DNA of 64,000 nt from contig JAEUKH010000018.1 in assembly GCA_016792845.1 (NCBI GenBank), positions 138,984-202,983 on the forward strand. Direction: 5' to 3'. A model generated the notes under the pieces. That model saw only the letters and a program-made list of their open reading frames with translations. It was not told the origin of the DNA and made no database searches. The translations under genes were made by a program, and so were the position numbers. Shown here piece after piece: positions 10,774 to 20,614 of this stretch. Position 1 is the stretch's first letter, and every line of letters begins with the position of its first letter. The stretch comes from Myxococcales bacterium. GTDB taxonomy: Bacteria > Myxococcota_A > Polyangia > Polyangiales > Ga0077539.

Positions 10774-11003
10774 GTTGAACACTGTTCAACACGCGCCTGG
10801 CCGCGTCTTCGCGTCACCCTCGTCGCCCAGATGCGCGCCGTTCGAGGCGGCCTCGGCGCCGCAAGTTGAACACTGTTCAACACGCCCGCGCGCCGCGCTG
10901 ACGCCCCGCCGACGGCATCGCCGGACGCCTGCCCAGGCGCCGCACCGCGCCCCGAGGCCCGAACGATGAACGCTGTTCGGCGCCGTGTTGAACAGTGATC
11001 AAC
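10774..11003. repeat. Array of three or four GTTGAAC-N3-GTTCAAC palindromes in a convergent intergenic region
   Basis: Copies at about 10774, 10865 and 10987 (GTTGAACAGTGATCAAC), plus a degenerate copy near 10965 (GATGAACGCTGTTCGG). Confidence 0.85.
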
Positions 11004-11018
11004 AAGGGCCGCTTGGGT

Positions 11019-12101
11019 CTAGCCGAAGCGAGCCAGGACGAGCCCCGCCACGAGGCCGCCGAGGTGCGCCGCGGCCGACGCGCGCTGCGCCGCCGCGAGG
11101 TCGAGCCCCGCCTGGAGCAACACGAGCCCCGTAAGGAGCAGCGCCCCGACCCGAAGCTCCGGGGTCTTTCGCAGGCGCGGCTCGCCGACGAGGGTCGCGA
11201 TCGAGGCCCCGACCAGGCCCATCGCGGCGCCGCTCGCGCCCACCACGAGAGTCACGCCGGGGCGCGAGGCCCAACTCGCCACGCCGGCCAAGACGCCGCT
11301 CATCACCCAAAGCGAGAGCGTGCCCCGGGGGCCGCGGCGCGACTCGACGAAGCGACCGAAGATCAGCGTCACGAGCACGTTCATGCTGAGGTGCAGCGCG
11401 TTGGCGTGGAGGGGCAGATAGCCCACCAGACGCACGAGGTCGCCCAGCCCCTCGGGAGGCACCCGCAAGGCGCCCCAGCGCAGGAGCCGTTCGGGGGTCG
11501 GCCCGCCGAGCAGGCGCTCGATGCCGTAGCCCGCCAGGAGCATGGTCGCGAGGGCGAAGGTCATGGGGCTCCGCGCCGACAAGACCGCGGGCGAGACCGT
11601 GACCCATGGTTGCAGCGAGAGGCTCGCGAGGAGCCGACGCGCCTCGACGCGCTTCTCGACCTGCGCGACGAGGCGATGCCACGCCGGGTCGCTCTGAACG
11701 ATGGGCGCCAGCGGCGAGGCGCGACGCCGTTCGAGCCGGTGACGCATGGCAGGCCCGAGGCCCGGCAAGGTCATCGCGAGGTCGAGCCGTCGCGCGGCCC
11801 GCTTCGCCCGATCGGCCCGTTGCAGCGCCACCGAACGCCAATACGCCGCGGCGCCGAGGGGAAGCTCAGCCCGCAGCTCGGCCACGAGGCTCGCCGTCGC
11901 GTCGACGAGGCCGAGGTGCGCCGCCACCACGAGGAGCTCAGCGGCCGTCGCGCGAGAGAGCGGCCAGCGCGCCCCGCCGAGGCGGTGCGTCAGCAGCGCC
12001 CCGGGGCCCTGACGGCGCACACGCAGGTCGAGCGCCGCGGCCTCTGAAGCGAGGCCGCCGAGGGTGGGATCGAGTTCGGGTGAGGCGAGCGACCCTGACA
12101 T
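11019..12101 (-). CDS. Rhomboid-family intramembrane serine protease
   Basis: GASGAAMGLVGA (GxSG) and the AHLGGLVAGL histidine helix at the C-terminus. N-terminal soluble domain. The start is uncertain; the ORF extends to 12221. Confidence 0.65.
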   Translation of the reverse strand: MSGSLASPELDPTLGGLASEAAALDLRVRRQGPGALLTHRLGGARWPLSRATAAELLVVAAHLGLVDATASLVAELRAELPLGAAAYWRSVALQRADRAKRAARRLDLAMTLPGLGPAMRHRLERRRASPLAPIVQSDPAWHRLVAQVEKRVEARRLLASLSLQPWVTVSPAVLSARSPMTFALATMLLAGYGIERLLGGPTPERLLRWGALRVPPEGLGDLVRLVGYLPLHANALHLSMNVLVTLIFGRFVESRRGPRGTLSLWVMSGVLAGVASWASRPGVTLVVGASGAAMGLVGASIATLVGEPRLRKTPELRVGALLLTGLVLLQAGLDLAAAQRASAAAHLGGLVAGLVLARFG

Positions 12102-12160
12102 CGTGGGCGGCTCTGGGCATAACGTGAACGGGCCGAGAGGCGTGAGCTTTTGGCAGCTTT

Positions 12161-12766
12161 TCAGGCCGCCAGGGCGCCGTCGTCGCGCTGCTTCTTCAGG
12201 GCGACCCTGAGGCGATGGCACCGTGTGTAGACGGTCTTCACGGGGATGGCGCAGACCTCAGCGATCTCGTTCGGTGACGACTCGTCGACGAAGAGCATCT
12301 TGACCATGGTCTGGTCGCGCTCGCTCATCTCGCCGAGGGTCTCTGCGAGGCGCTCACACGAGAGCCGCGCGGCGGTCTTCTCGAAGAGGTCTTCTTCGAC
12401 GTGCAAGATGTTCTCGAGCGCGGCGAGGTTGGCGCCGGCCGGGCGGCGGCTCACGGCCCTGAGGTAATCGTGGCAGCAGTGGCCGACCAGGAGGGTGATC
12501 CAGGTGCCGAGCCTCGCGCCGCGGTTGGGGTCGTAACAGCGCAGCTTGTGCATGTCGTTCGAGAGCAGCGAGGCGTAGTAGTTGGCGTGAATCTCTTCTT
12601 GATCTGCGCTCGAGAGCACCTTGGCGAAGCTGCCCGTCACCCGGTGGATCTGCATCCACACGAGGCGGTCGAAGCGGCGGTGAAACTCCCGCCACGCGCG
12701 GTCTTCCCCGCGGAGCATCCGGGCGAGAAGGTCGGTGTCGCTGAGCGTTTCGAACGTCTGGTGCAT
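12161..12766 (-). CDS. ECF-type RNA polymerase sigma-70 factor
   Basis: Sigma-70 region 2 (DQEEIHANYYASLL...) and a region-4 HTH (IAEVCAIPVKTVYTRCHRLRVALKKQ). Start placed at MHQTFETL. Confidence 0.7.
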   Translation of the reverse strand: MHQTFETLSDTDLLARMLRGEDRAWREFHRRFDRLVWMQIHRVTGSFAKVLSSADQEEIHANYYASLLSNDMHKLRCYDPNRGARLGTWITLLVGHCCHDYLRAVSRRPAGANLAALENILHVEEDLFEKTAARLSCERLAETLGEMSERDQTMVKMLFVDESSPNEIAEVCAIPVKTVYTRCHRLRVALKKQRDDGALAA

Positions 12767-13081
12767 AAGCCACTTGCCCCTTTCGAGTCGTCGGCACTCT
12801 CGGCCGAGCGTGGCGATGCCCTTGAGCACCCGGTATGCCGGGCGAATTCGATTTTTTCTTGCGAGAACCCGCCGTCACACCGCGTATAGGGCGGGCCCCG
12901 CCGCGTCACACCCCAGTCGCGCGTTTTGGGCCTGTTTGCCCTTCGTTTGCGCAGGTGGCAGTCGAAGTCGCCAGGGCCCCGGTGTGACCGACCGCGCGGC
13001 GGGCCTCGCGGCGGCGTGTGGCGATGGGTTCACAACGCGCCCGCGCGGCGTTCACCCAACGCGGTGTCACAAACCGAGGCG

Positions 13082-13975
13082 TCAACGGGCGTTGACACTC
13101 TTTCGGCGGCGGCTGACGGCCCACGCGAGGGCCGAGAGCCAGACGAGGTGCGTCGCCGAAGTGCCGCGCCGAGAGACGTTGCAGGCGCCCGTTACCTTCA
13201 TGTCTCCGGGGAGGGTCGCGAGGCCGCCGTAGGGCACGCCCACGCAGCGCCCCGGGGGCTGGACCGCTTGGGGGTAGATCGTGCAGACGCCCGCGTTGTC
13301 GTCGGCGGTGAGGTCGCGGCGCGCCTCGCCCACCCCGGCCTCGAACCACATCACCGCGCGGTCGTTGCCCGAGTGCGAGAGCCCGAGAAAATGGCCGAAC
13401 TCGTGGGTCAAGATGGTGGGCAAATCGGCCGCCCCGGGGTCGGGCCGGGCCTCGGTCGAGAAGCGAAACCCGATGGGGTTGGTGCGCTCGTCGAGGCTGT
13501 TCATCTCAATGTCGGCGTCGAAGATCTCGCCGTTGAATGAATCGAAGGTCACCACGGTGATCGCGATGGCCCCGGGCCGGTGGAGCGCGTCGTCGCCCCA
13601 TCGGGGCCGAAACGCCACGGTGTTGGCGTTGGCGCCGTTGGGGTTGTACCCCGCGGGGGCCAGCGTCGGCGCATCGGGGATCACTCGGTAGTACTGCGAG
13701 AGCTGCCCGTTGGCGTCGCAGGCCGCCCGGGCCCAGGCCCCCGTCGCGGCGGCGGCGAAGGTCGTCAGGTCGGGCATATTGATGCCGTCAGGGAGATCGC
13801 GGTTGTAGAGCGAGAAGCTCGTGCACCGGTTTCGCCACGAGAGCGGGATGCCCTGCGTCGCGCACTCGCCGGGCTGCATCGCGCGGAGCCGGGCCGTGGT
13901 GGTGCGACAGAAGCCGTGCCCCGTCGACGCGGCCAGCGAGAGCGACGCCGCGAGCAGCCACGCAGAGGGCCTCAT
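13082..13975 (-). CDS. Matrixin-family zinc metalloprotease (M10) with a MYXO-CTERM-like tail
   Basis: HEFGHFLGLSHS zinc-binding motif, a signal peptide, and a C-terminus C...LVWLSALAWAVSRRRK. Confidence 0.75.
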   Translation of the reverse strand: MRPSAWLLAASLSLAASTGHGFCRTTTARLRAMQPGECATQGIPLSWRNRCTSFSLYNRDLPDGINMPDLTTFAAAATGAWARAACDANGQLSQYYRVIPDAPTLAPAGYNPNGANANTVAFRPRWGDDALHRPGAIAITVVTFDSFNGEIFDADIEMNSLDERTNPIGFRFSTEARPDPGAADLPTILTHEFGHFLGLSHSGNDRAVMWFEAGVGEARRDLTADDNAGVCTIYPQAVQPPGRCVGVPYGGLATLPGDMKVTGACNVSRRGTSATHLVWLSALAWAVSRRRKSVNAR

Positions 13976-14508
13976 CGGGCGCCCCCGACGCGCTCGGCGA
14001 GGGTCGCGAGGGGCAACACCCCAGGGCCCGCTGTGCCCGACGCCACGGCGCTCTGCAACCCCTGCGGCGCCACCGCCTCGATCTGCCCGGCGGCGTTGAC
14101 CCGCAGCGGCACCAGCGCGGCCGTCGCGTGGGCCAGGTACCTCGTGTTGCCGACGCCGCCCGAGAGAAAGAACACGTAGCTCTCGCCCACCTCGGGCGAA
14201 GGCACGTCGGCGATGCGTTGGGTGACGTTGCCCAGGGTGCCGCCCGCGGTGCGCACGAACACCGTACCCCGCGGCACGAGCCTGCCCTTGAGCACCGCCG
14301 CCACGCTCACCTCGCTGTCTGTCACCAGGTGCCGCCCCTCGTAGCGAACGGTCTGCCGCGCGACGGTGCCGAGCACCACGTCGTCGCTCTGCTGCGTGAG
14401 GGCGCTCAGCCCGATGGGCGCCACCACGATCGCCTCGGCCTCACCCGCGCGCGCGCCCGCCGCCACCCACAACGCCAGCACCGCAGCCCTCGTCAGTCGC
14501 AGCTTCAC
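13972..14508 (-). CDS. Secreted hypothetical protein, co-transcribed partner of the matrixin
   Basis: Signal peptide. 4-bp start/stop overlap with the matrixin. Paralogous to 56314..56949. Confidence 0.5.
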   Translation of the reverse strand: MKLRLTRAAVLALWVAAGARAGEAEAIVVAPIGLSALTQQSDDVVLGTVARQTVRYEGRHLVTDSEVSVAAVLKGRLVPRGTVFVRTAGGTLGNVTQRIADVPSPEVGESYVFFLSGGVGNTRYLAHATAALVPLRVNAAGQIEAVAPQGLQSAVASGTAGPGVLPLATLAERVGGAR

Positions 14509-14572
14509 CGCACCGTTGTAGCACCATGGAAGGCCCCATTTCGAGCGCCTCGCCGCACGAAACTCCCGCGGC

Positions 14573-15409
14573 TCAGAGCCGCTCGCCGAGCACTTGTTGG
14601 AGGCTCACCACGGGCGAGGTGCTGTCGCGGCCCATCTCGACGCTGCGCGGCGCCGCTTGGAGCGTCGGGTTGGTCTGCTCGTTGAAGACCCTCGGCAGCT
14701 CGTCGGGCGCCGCCGGAAGCGGCGAGCGCATCATCGCCGTCGCGTCGCCCCCGAGCGGGTTGACCAACGGCATCGGGGTCTCGGGGGTCATGGTCTCACG
14801 CTCAAAGCCGCCCTGCCCGAAGGCCTTGCGCGGGTCAGGAGGCTCGGGCGCCGAGGTCCCGCGCCACGCGACGCCGAACACCGCGTCGACGAACTGAATG
14901 GCCTTCTGCGGAGGCATCTCGGCCCCGGCCAGCGACAGCGACGCGCACACCAGAAGGTCGGAGTGCGCCGCGTACCAGAGCAGCTGGCGCACCGCCACGC
15001 AGAGCGCCGTGGTGCTCTCGCGGGTCGCCGCGTCGCCACGGGTGACCGCCATTTGCAGCGCCACGAGGTCGACCGCCAAGGTGATCGGCAGCGCCACCAG
15101 ATGGAGCGCGTTGTTGATGTCTTCGAAGCGCGACAGGCCTGAGCGGTCGAGCTCGGCGAGGCCGCGGGCTTCGAGGGTCGAGTAGTGCCGCCCGAGGGTC
15201 GCCACGGCGGCTTCGAGGTGCACGAATTCAGCGTCAATCACGGCGCGGAGCCGGGTCGAGAGCTCTTGCGGCCATCGGCCCGACTCAGCCGCGGCCTTGG
15301 CGCGCAAGAGGGCCCCGAAGGCATCCGAGGGTTCGAGCTGCAGATCGAGAATCCGGCTCATGGCGTTGGCGCGATGGTACCAAAGCGCGCGCCGAGTTTT
15401 CTCGGGCAT
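14573..15409 (-). CDS. Hypothetical protein
   Basis: 278-aa ORF with ordinary amino-acid composition. No domain recognised. Confidence 0.4.
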   Translation of the reverse strand: MPEKTRRALWYHRANAMSRILDLQLEPSDAFGALLRAKAAAESGRWPQELSTRLRAVIDAEFVHLEAAVATLGRHYSTLEARGLAELDRSGLSRFEDINNALHLVALPITLAVDLVALQMAVTRGDAATRESTTALCVAVRQLLWYAAHSDLLVCASLSLAGAEMPPQKAIQFVDAVFGVAWRGTSAPEPPDPRKAFGQGGFERETMTPETPMPLVNPLGGDATAMMRSPLPAAPDELPRVFNEQTNPTLQAAPRSVEMGRDSTSPVVSLQQVLGERL

Positions 15410-15459
15410 GCACCTTTCACCAGACAGTTTTTTACGCCGCGCGAGGGCCCGGCGCGGGG

Positions 15460-17142
15460 TCAGCGACCCGTCGGGGCCGCAACCCGGTGCGCCGCGGGCC
15501 CGTCGGCCTTGCGCCCGAGGTCGTTGCGAAACGCGATGGCGACCACAAGCCCCACGACGATCAGCCCCAAGGCCGAGGCTGCCTGGCGGAGGCTCAGCGG
15601 GAGGGGGCGCCGCAAGATGGCCTCGATGGCGAAGAACAACAGATGGCCGCCATCAAGGATCGGGATGGGCAAGAGGTTCAAGAGGCCCAGGTTGATGCTC
15701 ACGAGGGCCATGAGCCGCAGAAAGCCCCACAGGCCGTCGAGGGCGACGGTGCGCGAGGCGTCGTAGATCATGATCGGCCCGCCCACCGAGCTGATGGGCA
15801 CCCGGCCCTGAAAAATGCGCAAAAACCCGGTGCTGAGGTAAGTGGTCACCTCGCGGGTCTCGCGCAGCGCGCTCTCGACCGCCGAGCCGAGCGGAGAGGG
15901 GTTGGCGATGGGCGCCTCGGCGAGGCTCGGCCGCCAACGGTTGATGCCCAACGTGAGGTGCATCATGCGCTGGCCGTACTCGTCGACCCACTCGCTCGGC
16001 CGCAGCGCGTAGCCGCCTTCGGCCTCGCCCGTGGCATGCACGAACCGCAACGTGCGGAGCCGCGAGGGGCCGCGGGTGAGCCGCTCTCGAAAATGCTCCC
16101 ATGACGGTTCGAGCTCGCCGTCAACTGAAATAATACGGTGCCCGCGGCGCAGCCCCATCTGGTACTCGGGGCTCTGCGGGTCGACCTCGGCGACGTACAG
16201 ATCGCTCGACTCGATGCCCGTGCGGTTGAGCACGTCGCCCTCGCCCGGTACGGGGGTCAACTGCGCGAGACCCGGGTCAAACACGTCGAGGTCGACGAGG
16301 CCGCCTGCGGCTCCGGCGACGGCACGGGGGCGCAAGAAGGCCACCGGCACGGTCGCCCCGCGAGAGCGCTGGAGCACCCGTTCGAGGTCGGCCCAGCGCC
16401 GAATCGGGGCCCCGCGGTACATGGTGATCAAATCAAAGCTTCGAAGGCCCGCGACCCAGCCCTGGCCGCGCTGTCCGCGTACGCCGATCACGGGGAGCGG
16501 CGCCCCGGGGGCGATGCCTAGAAAGCCCACGGTCTCGACCACATCGAGGGGCCGCTCGATTCGGAGCGTCACAGGGGTGACGGTGACCGCGTGGGGGGCT
16601 CCTTCGCGCTCGACCTCGAAGCGCATGGGGCGCCCGGGCGACTCGGCCACCGCGGCCCGCACCTCTTGAAACGACCCGACTTCGCGGCCGTTGATGCGCA
16701 GCACCCGGTCGCCCGCCGCGAGGACGCCCTCGGCGGGGTACCCGGCCACCACGGTGCCGATGATGGGCGGCGTCAGGTCGGTGTTTCCGAGAAACACCAG
16801 CACGTACAGCCCGACCGGGAAGAGCAGCGACATCAGCGGCCCGGCCAACACGATGGCGAAGCGCTTCACGAGAGATTGTGTGTGAAAGGCCCGCGGCAGG
16901 TCTTCAGGGGCGATGTCATCGCTCGGGTCTTCGCCGAGCATTTTCACAAAGCCCCCGAGAGGGATGAGCGAGACACAATAATCGGTCTCGCCCTGGCGCC
17001 AGCCCACCACCCGAGGACCGAAGCCCAGCGAGAACTTCAGCACCTTCACGCCGCAGAGCCGCGCCACGATGAAGTGGCCGAACTCGTGAACGAACACGAG
17101 CGCCCCGATCAGCGCCACGAATCGAAACAAATTCACCAGCAC
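15460..17142 (-). CDS. rseP: RIP metalloprotease RseP (site-2 protease, M50) with a PDZ domain
   Basis: HEFGHF zinc motif in the first TM. PDZ region. C-terminal LDGGHLLFF motif. GTG start inferred at the VLVNLF N-terminus; the ORF has a spurious 5' extension. Confidence 0.75.
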   Translation of the reverse strand: MLVNLFRFVALIGALVFVHEFGHFIVARLCGVKVLKFSLGFGPRVVGWRQGETDYCVSLIPLGGFVKMLGEDPSDDIAPEDLPRAFHTQSLVKRFAIVLAGPLMSLLFPVGLYVLVFLGNTDLTPPIIGTVVAGYPAEGVLAAGDRVLRINGREVGSFQEVRAAVAESPGRPMRFEVEREGAPHAVTVTPVTLRIERPLDVVETVGFLGIAPGAPLPVIGVRGQRGQGWVAGLRSFDLITMYRGAPIRRWADLERVLQRSRGATVPVAFLRPRAVAGAAGGLVDLDVFDPGLAQLTPVPGEGDVLNRTGIESSDLYVAEVDPQSPEYQMGLRRGHRIISVDGELEPSWEHFRERLTRGPSRLRTLRFVHATGEAEGGYALRPSEWVDEYGQRMMHLTLGINRWRPSLAEAPIANPSPLGSAVESALRETREVTTYLSTGFLRIFQGRVPISSVGGPIMIYDASRTVALDGLWGFLRLMALVSINLGLLNLLPIPILDGGHLLFFAIEAILRRPLPLSLRQAASALGLIVVGLVVAIAFRNDLGRKADGPAAHRVAAPTGR

Positions 17143-17171
17143 AGGCTTTGGCCTTCTCGCTTCGCCCTCTA

Positions 17172-18038
17172 TCACCCGTCGGCCTTCACCGCCACGAGGC
17201 TCGCCAATGCGACGCTCTCGACCCGCGACGGGCCCGTACGAAGGTCGAGGTACGCCTCGTCGCGCCGGAGGTAGAGCGACTCGACCCGCCCCCGAAGGCC
17301 CACGACCTGGTCGTGAACGACGTGCTCGATGACACAGCGGAGCCCCTCGTGGAGCTGCGGCCAGAGGAGCCGAAACGCGTGATCGGACGCGAGCCCCGCG
17401 GGCCCCTCGGAGAAGCGGTAGGGGCGCCCCTCGACGCACCCGTGGGCCAAGAGCGCCTCGGCCTCGCAGGGCCCCATGCGCCCTTGCAAGAGCCCGTAGA
17501 GCCTTCGGGTGAGGTCTGCGTCGGCCAGGGCCTGGTGCGGTGACTCGGCCCGCAGCGCGAAGTGCTCAGCGAGGCGTTGGAGACCGAAGCGAGGCGCCTC
17601 GGCGAGCAGGACCCGCGCGAGCTTGAGCGTGCAGAACAGGGGCTCGTCAGGCGGCGCTTGCCCGGCCCGCACGAACTCGGCGCCGACGATGTCGCGGTCG
17701 AACTCGGCGTTGTGGGCCAGCACCACCGCCCCGTCGATGAAGCGACGAAACGCAGGCAAGACCTCGGAGAGCTTGGGCAGCCCCGCCACCCGCGCGTCGG
17801 TGATGCCGTGGATCTTCACCACCGCCTCGGGGATGGGCCGCTCAGGGTCGACCATCGCCGAGAAGCGCCCGATCACCGTGTCGCCGCGAAAGCGCACCGC
17901 CGCGAGCTCGACCACCCGCGAGCCCCACCAGAGGCCCGTGGTCTCGGTGTCGAGGGCCACGCGGTCGCGGGCGTCGAGGGCGACGTGCTCAGGTGTGCGC
18001 ACCCGGTCGGTCAGGCTTGAACAGGCAACGTCGTGCAT
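17172..18038 (-). CDS. DnaQ-like 3'-5' exonuclease (DNA polymerase III epsilon family) with a C-terminal extension
   Basis: Exo I motif LDTETTGLWWGSRVVELAAV, and Exo II/III-like HNAEFD and ADA residues. Confidence 0.7.
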   Translation of the reverse strand: MHDVACSSLTDRVRTPEHVALDARDRVALDTETTGLWWGSRVVELAAVRFRGDTVIGRFSAMVDPERPIPEAVVKIHGITDARVAGLPKLSEVLPAFRRFIDGAVVLAHNAEFDRDIVGAEFVRAGQAPPDEPLFCTLKLARVLLAEAPRFGLQRLAEHFALRAESPHQALADADLTRRLYGLLQGRMGPCEAEALLAHGCVEGRPYRFSEGPAGLASDHAFRLLWPQLHEGLRCVIEHVVHDQVVGLRGRVESLYLRRDEAYLDLRTGPSRVESVALASLVAVKADG

Positions 18039-18138
18039 TGCAGGGTGCCTTAGCCTGTGTGCACCTCGGGTCCGTTGACAAGCGCGCCGGGGCGCAACAG
18101 TGACATATTACGTCACATCGGGAGTGTTATAGACTTGC

Positions 18139-18633
18139 ATGGCGATGAGCGAGACGAAGGGTCTGACGCACCTGAGCGAGGCGGGCGAGGTGCACATGGT
18201 CGATGTGGGCGAGAAGGCGATTTCGCGGCGCCGCGCGGTGGCCTCGGCGCAGGTGTTGATGCGCCCCGAAACGGTCGCTCTGGCGCGCGGGGGCGGGCTG
18301 GCGAAGGGTGACCTTGAGGCGACGGTGCGCGTCGCGGCGATCATGGCCGCGAAGGAGACGCCGCGGTTGATTCCGCTCTGTCATTCGTTGGGGCTGACGG
18401 CGGTTGAGGTTCAGCTTCGGTGGCATCTGAGCGGGGCCGAGGTCGAGGTCGCGGTCGAGACCTATGCCAAGACGGGCGTCGAGATGGAGGCCATGGTGGC
18501 CGCCTCGGTGGGCGCGCTCACCCTTTATGACATGGTGAAGGGCGTCGAGCGCGGGGTGAGCATCACCGCGGTGGCGCTTCAAGAGAAGTCGGGCGGGCGC
18601 TCGGGGCTCTGGCGGCGCGAGGGCTCGCCGTGA
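18139..18633 (+). CDS. moaC: Cyclic pyranopterin monophosphate synthase MoaC
   Basis: Conserved MoaC region MVDVGEK...RIAAIMAAKETPRLIPLCH. 164 aa. Confidence 0.85.
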   Translation: MAMSETKGLTHLSEAGEVHMVDVGEKAISRRRAVASAQVLMRPETVALARGGGLAKGDLEATVRVAAIMAAKETPRLIPLCHSLGLTAVEVQLRWHLSGAEVEVAVETYAKTGVEMEAMVAASVGALTLYDMVKGVERGVSITAVALQEKSGGRSGLWRREGSP

Positions 18634-19121
18634 GCTTTTCGGTCACAGACAAGCCCCTCTCGCTCGATCAGGCCTTCGCCGCGGTGGCGCACCCGGGCGC
18701 CGGGGCGGTGGTGCTCTTTGTGGGCATGGTGCGCGACGAGAACCTCGGGCGGAGCGTCGTGCGGCTCGACTACGAGGCCTACCCCAGCATGGCCGTTCGC
18801 GAGATGCAGCGCATCGCCGACGAGATCGAGGCGCGGTATGCGGGCGTCCGTCTCAGCGTCGCGCATCGGGTGGGCACGCTTGAGGTGGGCGCCCTGGCGG
18901 TGCTCTGCGCAGCGAGCGCGCCGCATCGCGGTGAGGCCTTCGCGGCGTGTCGGGCCCTCATCGACGCGGTGAAGGCCCGGGTGCCCGTGTGGAAACGCGA
19001 GTGGGGCCACGAGGGCCCCTACTGGGTCGGGTGGGAAGACGCCCGCTGTCTCGGCGACGACCACCCCGAGCACGGGCACGGCGCGCACCCGGGTCACGAA
19101 AAAGCTTCGCACGGTCTGTAA
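18630..19121 (+). CDS. moaE: Molybdopterin synthase catalytic subunit MoaE
   Basis: GAVVLFVGMVRD...DYEAYPSMA typical of MoaE. 4-bp overlap with moaC. Confidence 0.75.
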   Translation: MSFSVTDKPLSLDQAFAAVAHPGAGAVVLFVGMVRDENLGRSVVRLDYEAYPSMAVREMQRIADEIEARYAGVRLSVAHRVGTLEVGALAVLCAASAPHRGEAFAACRALIDAVKARVPVWKREWGHEGPYWVGWEDARCLGDDHPEHGHGAHPGHEKASHGL

Positions 19122-19154
19122 GGTCGCCCGGGGGGCGGCGTTCTTCGCTGCACC

Positions 19155-20537
19155 ATGCGCAACCTCAAGAGCCTCGCCGTGATCGTCGCCGCCCTCGCCT
19201 CGTCTGCCATCGGGTGCGCCGCGCACCCTCCGCCTGCGCTCACGGTGGTGCAGAACCCGGTCGAGCTCTTGACCCTCGACGCCGCGACGGCCAACCGGTT
19301 CGTCGTGGCCGGGGCGCGCAGCGAGCTCGCGGCGCGCATTCGCGTCGCGGTGCCGAGCATCAGCAGCCTCCGGCGGCCGCCGATCAACCTCGCGCTGGTC
19401 GTCGACACCTCGGGCTCGATGGAGGGCCGCGCCATCGAAGACGCCCGCGTGGCGAGCCGCACCCTGCTCGAATCGCTGCACGACGGCGACCGCCTCTCGG
19501 TCATCACCTTCGACTCGCAGGGGCGCGTCTTGGTGCCCTCGACGGTGCTCAGCGCCGCGAGCCGGAGCACCATCGCCGAGCAGATCGCGCAGATCGAAGC
19601 CCGCGGCACCACGGCGATGGCCGAGGGCCTGCGCCTCGGGGTCGCTCAGGTGTTCGCGAACCACGACCCGGCGGGCATCAACCGCATCGTGCTGCTCGGC
19701 GACGGCGTGCCCAACGACGCCTCGGGGATCCTCGAAACGGCTCAGGCCGCGGGCGCCCGGGGGGTCGCCATCACGACCCTCGGGCTCGGTCTCGACTACG
19801 ACGAGACCCTGATGGGCAACGTGGCGCAGCGCTCGGGCGGGCACTTCCACTTCGTCGAAGACTCGTCGGCGGTGGCCGCGGTGTTTCGCGACGAGGTGCT
19901 CCGCATGGAGCGGGTGGTGGGCCGCAACGCCGTGGCGGTGCTCAACGCGGGCCCTGGGGTCGAGGTGCAGTCGGTGGTGGGGCTGAGCGCGACGCGCACC
20001 GACGAGGGCATCGTGGTGCCGCTCGGAGACGTCTCCGAGGGCAGCACCCGCGACCTGGTCGTTCGCCTGAGCGTGCCCTCGCGGCGTAACGGGGCCTCGG
20101 TGGAGCTCCTCGACGTCACGGTGCGCTACGTCGACGCGTTGCAGGGCGGCGGGCAGCGCGAGCGGCGGGCCTTCGTCGGGGTGCGCGCCTCGTCGAATGA
20201 GGCCGAGCTGCGGGCGGGGCGCAACGAAGAGGTCGAGCGCACGGTGGCCGCCCAGCAGCTCGCGAGCAACACGCTCGAGGCCATTCGTGACGCCCGCAGC
20301 GGCAACCTCGCGGCGGCGCAGCAGCGCCTCGATCAGGCGATCGCTCAGGCCGAGCAGCAGGCGCGGGTTCGCAACGACGTGCGGCTGCAACGTCGGGTGG
20401 CCTCGCTGCGTGGCCTTCGCGGCGCGCTGCCGAGCGTCGCCCCGTCGACGCCTTCGGCCCCGGCCCCTGAGGCTGCGCCCGCCACGGCGGTGCGTGCCGC
20501 GCACGACGAGGCGATGAGCGAGCTCTCGGGTGACTGA
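19155..20537 (+). CDS. von Willebrand factor A domain lipoprotein
   Basis: MIDAS motif VVDTSGSMEG. Signal peptide with lipobox. Confidence 0.7.
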   Translation: MRNLKSLAVIVAALASSAIGCAAHPPPALTVVQNPVELLTLDAATANRFVVAGARSELAARIRVAVPSISSLRRPPINLALVVDTSGSMEGRAIEDARVASRTLLESLHDGDRLSVITFDSQGRVLVPSTVLSAASRSTIAEQIAQIEARGTTAMAEGLRLGVAQVFANHDPAGINRIVLLGDGVPNDASGILETAQAAGARGVAITTLGLGLDYDETLMGNVAQRSGGHFHFVEDSSAVAAVFRDEVLRMERVVGRNAVAVLNAGPGVEVQSVVGLSATRTDEGIVVPLGDVSEGSTRDLVVRLSVPSRRNGASVELLDVTVRYVDALQGGGQRERRAFVGVRASSNEAELRAGRNEEVERTVAAQQLASNTLEAIRDARSGNLAAAQQRLDQAIAQAEQQARVRNDVRLQRRVASLRGLRGALPSVAPSTPSAPAPEAAPATAVRAAHDEAMSELSGD

Positions 20538-20614
20538 AGCCGCATCGGCGCTTGCAGCCGCTGGGGAGATGCTGCGACCCTGGTGCGCCCCTCCGTAGGG
20601 GGCTCCGAGGGTTT

